Positions 60,158-64,000 of a DNA stretch of 64,000 nt are shown piece after piece. A program made the translations under genes and the position numbers. Source of the DNA: Acidimicrobiia bacterium (GTDB lineage Bacteria; Actinomycetota; Acidimicrobiia; Acidimicrobiales; Ilumatobacteraceae). The number at the start of each line of letters is the position of its first letter. Position 1 is the stretch's first letter. The stretch spans positions 11,030 through 75,029 of the forward strand of contig JBJTBM010000117.1 in the NCBI GenBank assembly GCA_046091365.1, in the 5' to 3' direction. A model generated the notes under the pieces. The model did no database searches and was not told where the DNA came from. It worked only from the letters and a program-made list of their open reading frames with translations.

Positions 60158-60192
60158 CGGGGGTGGGGCAGTCGTCGGCGACCGACCCTGCT

Positions 60193-60822
60193 CTAGTCAG
60201 AATCCAACGCCTTCATCAGCGACTCGAAGAGCTCGTCGTACGTGTTCAACGCCGGAAATTGCGGGAACTCGGCGATCACCTTCGGTGGTGCGTGAAACAG
60301 GAAACCCGCATCCGCGGCCCCCAACATCGTCGTGTCGTTGTACGAATCGCCAGCTGCGACCACCCGGTAATTGAGCGACTTGAACGCTTCGACGGCGCGT
60401 TGCTTCTGGTTGGCCTGACGCAAGCGGTAGCCCACGATGCAATCCTTGTCGACCACCAGTCGGTGACACATGATCGTCGGTCGGCCGAGATGCTCCATCA
60501 AGGGTCTGGCGAACTGTTCGAAGGTGTCGGACAGGATGACGAGTTGGGTGCGGCGACGAACCCGATCGAGAAAGTCGCGCGCGCCGGGTAGGGGATCGAG
60601 GCCGGAGATGACGTCCTCGATCAGCGACATCCGCAGACCTTCGCGCTCCATGATGTCGATGCGGTAGTGCATCAACGCGTTGTAGTCGGGTTCGTCGCGG
60701 GTTGTGCGGCGCAACTCGGGGATCCCGGTGCGTTCGGCGACGGCGATCCAGATTTCAGGCACCAGGACGCCCTCGAGGTCCAGGCAGACCAGACCCTGAG
60801 AGGACGCGACGTCGTGGCTCAC
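60193..60822 (-). CDS. thrH: HAD-family phosphoserine phosphatase / homoserine phosphotransferase ThrH-like
   Basis: 209 aa. It is near-collinear with remembered Pseudomonas ThrH (CLDLEGVLVPEIWIA, VILSDTF, VGYRLRQ, AFKSLNYRV.AAGDSYNDTTML, LFHAP..V..EFPQFPA). Confidence 0.8.
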   Translation of the reverse strand: MSHDVASSQGLVCLDLEGVLVPEIWIAVAERTGIPELRRTTRDEPDYNALMHYRIDIMEREGLRMSLIEDVISGLDPLPGARDFLDRVRRRTQLVILSDTFEQFARPLMEHLGRPTIMCHRLVVDKDCIVGYRLRQANQKQRAVEAFKSLNYRVVAAGDSYNDTTMLGAADAGFLFHAPPKVIAEFPQFPALNTYDELFESLMKALDSD

Positions 60823-60832
60823 CCCCTCATTC

Positions 60833-60847
60833 TGTCACCGTGCGACA
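60833..60847. promoter_or_regulatory. palindrome TGTCAC-cgt-GCGACA abutting the thrH -10, a candidate operator
   Basis: It uses the same 6-mer arms as the two palindromes at 60087 and 60129. It overlaps the CAGAAT -10 (60829-60834, minus strand), which lies 6 nt before the GTG at 60822. Confidence 0.35.
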
Positions 60848-60934
60848 CCCGACGCCCGTTTCGAATGTCGCGCTGACGTGAAAAGGAACGGTTCGTCGAT
60901 CGCCTGGTCGTCGAGCGACGTCATCGAGGCAACG

Positions 60935-61942
60935 TCAAACCAATGACGTCTCGGCACGGACGCGCCGTTGGAACCACTCGACTGCGACCTCGTGCTTGGT
61001 GCTCAACGGGCCGGCTGCGTAGAGTCCGGAGTCGATCGACCTCTGTACCTGCTCGCACATCGCCTGATCCTCGTCGAGTACGACATTGGACATGTCCAAC
61101 ATGCGTTCGATGGCGTTCGGATCCGGGGACGTGGAGTAATAGTCGTAGACAACCTCGGTGGTGTCGACATCGACCGGGATGATGCGTTCGACGTTCATGC
61201 CGTCGGCGTAGATGTTGAGCGCAAGATTCGGGTAGCGGAACAACCATGCGCCACCGGACGGTGAGCCCTCGGTGGTGTCACACGAGTGGTGGCAGTAGCC
61301 CTCCTCGGGGACCGTCACCCGATATGTGCGCATGTCGAGGGCACGCGCGAGCGACGGGTGGATGAGCTGAACGTGATAGCCCTCGAGGTAGTTGTCGACA
61401 TAGGTTTTCCAATTGCAAGCCAGGCGTCGCGTCATCCGGCGCACGAAACGGAAGCGATCGACGTGGTGTCCGGCGACGACGTCGGGAAGGCCTCCGAGCG
61501 ACTCATGAAGACCGGGTCCGTGGGGTGCGACCCGTACGAACACCATCCCGCTCCAGGTCTCGACCGCAACCCGGGTGAGAGACCGGTCCTTGGGACAGAG
61601 ATCGTCGGAGTCCCCGAAATCGCGGGCCGCGACCAGCTCTCCGCGCCAGTTGAACGCCCAGCCGTGGTACCGACACACCAGATTGCCGGTGATCCCGTGT
61701 CCCGGCCACACGATCGGTCCGGCCCGGTGGGGGCACACGTTGACGAATCCCACGAGATCGCCGTCGGGGCGTCGGACCACGACCAGGGGGAAGCCGGCGA
61801 CGTCGGCCGAGACGTAGGCCCCATTCGTCGCCACCTCGGATTCGGAGCAGAACATCAACCACTCGTTCGACCAGACCGTGGCGCGTTCGCGTTCGTACCA
61901 ATGTCGGTCGCGGTAGTACTCGGGATCGAGGGCGAGTGTCAC
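60935..61942 (-). CDS. Rieske [2Fe-2S] aromatic-ring-hydroxylating oxygenase, alpha subunit type
   Basis: Rieske motif CPHRAGPI...CRYHGWAF, plus a C-terminal catalytic domain with His ligands (YLEGYHVQLIHP). Confidence 0.85.
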   Translation of the reverse strand: MTLALDPEYYRDRHWYERERATVWSNEWLMFCSESEVATNGAYVSADVAGFPLVVVRRPDGDLVGFVNVCPHRAGPIVWPGHGITGNLVCRYHGWAFNWRGELVAARDFGDSDDLCPKDRSLTRVAVETWSGMVFVRVAPHGPGLHESLGGLPDVVAGHHVDRFRFVRRMTRRLACNWKTYVDNYLEGYHVQLIHPSLARALDMRTYRVTVPEEGYCHHSCDTTEGSPSGGAWLFRYPNLALNIYADGMNVERIIPVDVDTTEVVYDYYSTSPDPNAIERMLDMSNVVLDEDQAMCEQVQRSIDSGLYAAGPLSTKHEVAVEWFQRRVRAETSLV

Positions 61943-61943
61943 C

Positions 61944-63092
61944 TCAGAGTCCCATGTCCTTGGCGATGATGCTCTTCATCACTTCGGTGGTGCCCCCGTA
62001 AATGGTCGTGATGCGCGCGTCGGCGTAGGCGCGAGCGATGGGGTACTCGCGCATGTATCCGTATCCACCGAACAACTGCAGGCACTTGTCGGCCACGCGC
62101 TTCAACAACTCGGTGCACCAGTACTTCGCCGCGGCAGCCTCGGCCGCCGAGAGCGTCCCCGCGTTGAGGGCCAGTATTCCAGCGTCGACGTATGCCTGAG
62201 CCACGTCGACCTCGGTTCGCTGTTCGGCCAGCACGAACTTGGTGTTCTGAAATGATCCGATGGTGGTTCCGAAGGCTCGGCGATCCTTGACGTAGTCGAG
62301 GGTCCAGCCGACGCATGCCCGGGCGGAGGCCAGGCTCGCCAACGCGATGGATAGACGCTCCTGGGCCAGGTTCCCCGTCAGGTAGTGGAAGGCCCGTCCC
62401 TCGTCGCCGAGACGGTTCTCGACCGGAACTTCGACGTCGGTGAAGAACAACTCGGCGGTGTCGGCGCTGGTCTGACCGATCTTGTCGAGGTTTCGTCCGC
62501 GCTCGAAGCCGGGCATGCCCCGTTCGACGACGAGCAACGACATGCCGGTGTGTCGTTGGCTCGGGTCGGTCTTGGCCGCGACGATCACGAGGTCGCTGTT
62601 GATTCCGTTGGTGATGAAGGTCTTGGATCCGTTCAGGATGTAGCGGTCACCGTCTCGACGTGCGGTCGTGGCTATGCCGGCGAGGTCGCTGCCCGTTCCG
62701 GGTTCGGTCATCGCGATGGCCGTGATCAATTCGCCCGAAGCGATGCCGGGGAGCCAACGGGCTTTCTGCTCTTCGCTGCAGATGTCGGTGAAGTACGGGG
62801 TCGTGATGTCGTTGTGCAGGGTGATGCCGTTGCCGGCGCCACCGATGCCCGCGAGAGCCAACTCCTCGCCGATCACCGCGTTGAATCTGAAGTCGGTGCT
62901 TCCTCCACCGCCGTACGGCTCGGGTATCGCCATGCCGAGGAAACCGTTCGCCCCGGCCCGGGTGTACAGGTCGCGTGGGGCGATGCCGTCCTCCTCCCAG
63001 CGCGGGTAATCGGGGAGGATTTCCTTGGCGATGAAGGCCCGGAAGCTGTCGGCGAACGCGAGATGTTCGTCGTCGTACAGGGAGCGTTCCAT
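61944..63092 (-). CDS. acyl-CoA dehydrogenase
   Basis: ACAD motifs AMTEPGTGSDL and QLFGGYGY, with a catalytic Glu near the C-terminus. CAGAAT lies 7 nt upstream of ATG 63092. Confidence 0.9.
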   Translation of the reverse strand: MERSLYDDEHLAFADSFRAFIAKEILPDYPRWEEDGIAPRDLYTRAGANGFLGMAIPEPYGGGGSTDFRFNAVIGEELALAGIGGAGNGITLHNDITTPYFTDICSEEQKARWLPGIASGELITAIAMTEPGTGSDLAGIATTARRDGDRYILNGSKTFITNGINSDLVIVAAKTDPSQRHTGMSLLVVERGMPGFERGRNLDKIGQTSADTAELFFTDVEVPVENRLGDEGRAFHYLTGNLAQERLSIALASLASARACVGWTLDYVKDRRAFGTTIGSFQNTKFVLAEQRTEVDVAQAYVDAGILALNAGTLSAAEAAAAKYWCTELLKRVADKCLQLFGGYGYMREYPIARAYADARITTIYGGTTEVMKSIIAKDMGL

Positions 63093-63109
63093 GGCTCCCA
63101 TTCTGCCCG

Positions 63110-63850
63110 TTACGCCCAGCCTCCGGCATATGCGACGAACTGACCGGTGGTGAAACGACTCGTGCCGTCGAGGAAGACCATGCAGAACGAGGAGAACTCC
63201 TCCATGGTGCCGAGGCGACGCATGGGCACCTGGGCCTCGATCTTCGCCCGCACGGCGGGGTCTGTGGCGCCGCTGGCCTTCAGGAAAGCGGGGAAGTCCA
63301 TGAAATTCGTGCCCACCGCGTTCACCTGGACCCCGGTGCGGGCGACCTCGTTGGCGACGTTCCTGACGAGCATCGTGGCGGCCGCTCGCGCGGAGGAATA
63401 CAACGGTGCCCCGGGTGTCGGCCGCGCCGCCGAGGCGCTGGTGATCACCAGAACCTGTCCGCTTTCCCTCTCCACCATGGGTGGTACGACGGAGCGGAGG
63501 AAGTTGTACGGGGCCTCGACGCAGCCCGTGAGCACCTGGCGCAGATCATCCACCGTGCTGTTGACGAATCGGCCGGTGACGATCTGGCCCGAGAACATGA
63601 CGGCCGAGTCGAGTCGACCGAAGTCGTCGAGGGCCGCGTTCACGAGTCGGTTCGCTTGTTCGGTCGTGGCCAGGTCACCGCACGCCGGGACACTCACGGC
63701 TCGGGCGCCGAGTCGTTCCATTTCGTCGACCAGATCGCTCGAGGCGTCACCGAGCACGAGGTCGAATCCGCGTTCGGCGAATCGTCGGGCCAGGTCGGGG
63801 CCGACGTAGTAGCGGGTGTCGGAGACGATGGCAACGGGGCGTTCGGTCAT
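63110..63850 (-). CDS. SDR family oxidoreductase (atypical glycine motif)
   Basis: 246 aa with the YSSARAA catalytic Tyr region and an SDR C-terminal half. TACTGT lies 7 nt upstream of ATG 63850. Confidence 0.8.
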   Translation of the reverse strand: MTERPVAIVSDTRYYVGPDLARRFAERGFDLVLGDASSDLVDEMERLGARAVSVPACGDLATTEQANRLVNAALDDFGRLDSAVMFSGQIVTGRFVNSTVDDLRQVLTGCVEAPYNFLRSVVPPMVERESGQVLVITSASAARPTPGAPLYSSARAAATMLVRNVANEVARTGVQVNAVGTNFMDFPAFLKASGATDPAVRAKIEAQVPMRRLGTMEEFSSFCMVFLDGTSRFTTGQFVAYAGGWA

Positions 63851-63907
63851 GAGGGCGACAGTAGGTAGAGACAGCACTAATGTCAATACAACGAAGCGGG
63901 AGGGATC

Positions 63908-64000
63908 ATGGAGAAGTTCGAAGGGCGCATCGGTCGTACCGTCGCGGAGTCCGAGCCGTGGTGGCCGACACGGCCGCATCCCGGTGACGAGGCACCGAAT
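63908..64000 (+). CDS. 5' end of an arylsulfatase-like protein (partial, runs off the window)
   Basis: MEKFEGRIGRTVAESEPWWPTRPHPGDEAPN resembles actinobacterial arylsulfatase N-termini. The SD sequence GGGAGGG is upstream. Confidence 0.45.
   Translation, partial: MEKFEGRIGRTVAESEPWWPTRPHPGDEAPN

Noticed and set aside
60103-60591. A 162-aa plus-strand ORF that starts in the A+T-rich patch after tRNA-Leu.
   Set aside because: It is antisense to the strongly ThrH-like gene, and its N-terminus is translated from terminator/palindrome sequence.

Overview
This is a visibly G+C-rich, tightly packed chromosomal core segment of an actinobacterium (about two-thirds G+C by eye, with third codon positions mostly G/C). 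Gene order resembles Mycobacterium: era...recO/uppS, polA-rpsA-coaE-uvrB...uvrC-rapZ...gap-pgk-tpiA-secG. From left to right the window holds the following. (1) A menaquinone cluster: menE, menA, menH, a DsbA-like gene, menD, menF and ubiE/menG. (2) A lipid-type block: acyl-CoA dehydrogenase, acyl-CoA synthetase, an F420/LLM oxidoreductase and a MaoC hydratase. (3) era, then an MtrA / MtrB-LpqB-like module, dinG, uppS plus a degenerate uppS paralogue coupled to recO, and glyQS. (4) An ABM monooxygenase with trpC-trpF-trpB-trpA, a fasciclin lipoprotein, bcp-fabZ and the FAS-II operon fabD-fabH-fabG-acpP-fabF. (5) A tRNA, an ANTAR response regulator, polA split by one in-frame TAG, rpsA, a GAF-kinase/LuxR pair and coaE. 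(6) Contiguous uvrB-uvrA-uvrC, then rapZ, gap-pgk-tpiA, a five-gene peptide-type ABC operon, secG and tRNA-Leu(GAG). (7) A thrH / Rieske oxygenase / acyl-CoA dehydrogenase / SDR / arylsulfatase block. I saw no CRISPR array, transposase, integrase, rRNA or prophage genes. The most interesting observations are these. First, a reciprocal-loss pair of cis-prenyltransferase genes looks like a bacterial heteromeric UppS. Second, FabD carries a C-terminal lysine-less biotinyl-like domain. Third, polA is interrupted by a single amber codon at its domain linker. Fourth, a class-I-shaped tRNA hand-folds with a CAA anticodon. Fifth, 15-bp palindromes with shared arms bracket thrH next to tRNA-Leu. Sixth, most operon-leading genes have a -10 hexamer 5-8 nt (mostly 6) before the start codon, which indicates leaderless transcription. 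I used that pattern to refine many start codons. All calls come from reading the sequence and translations and from remembered family motifs. No database search was run.
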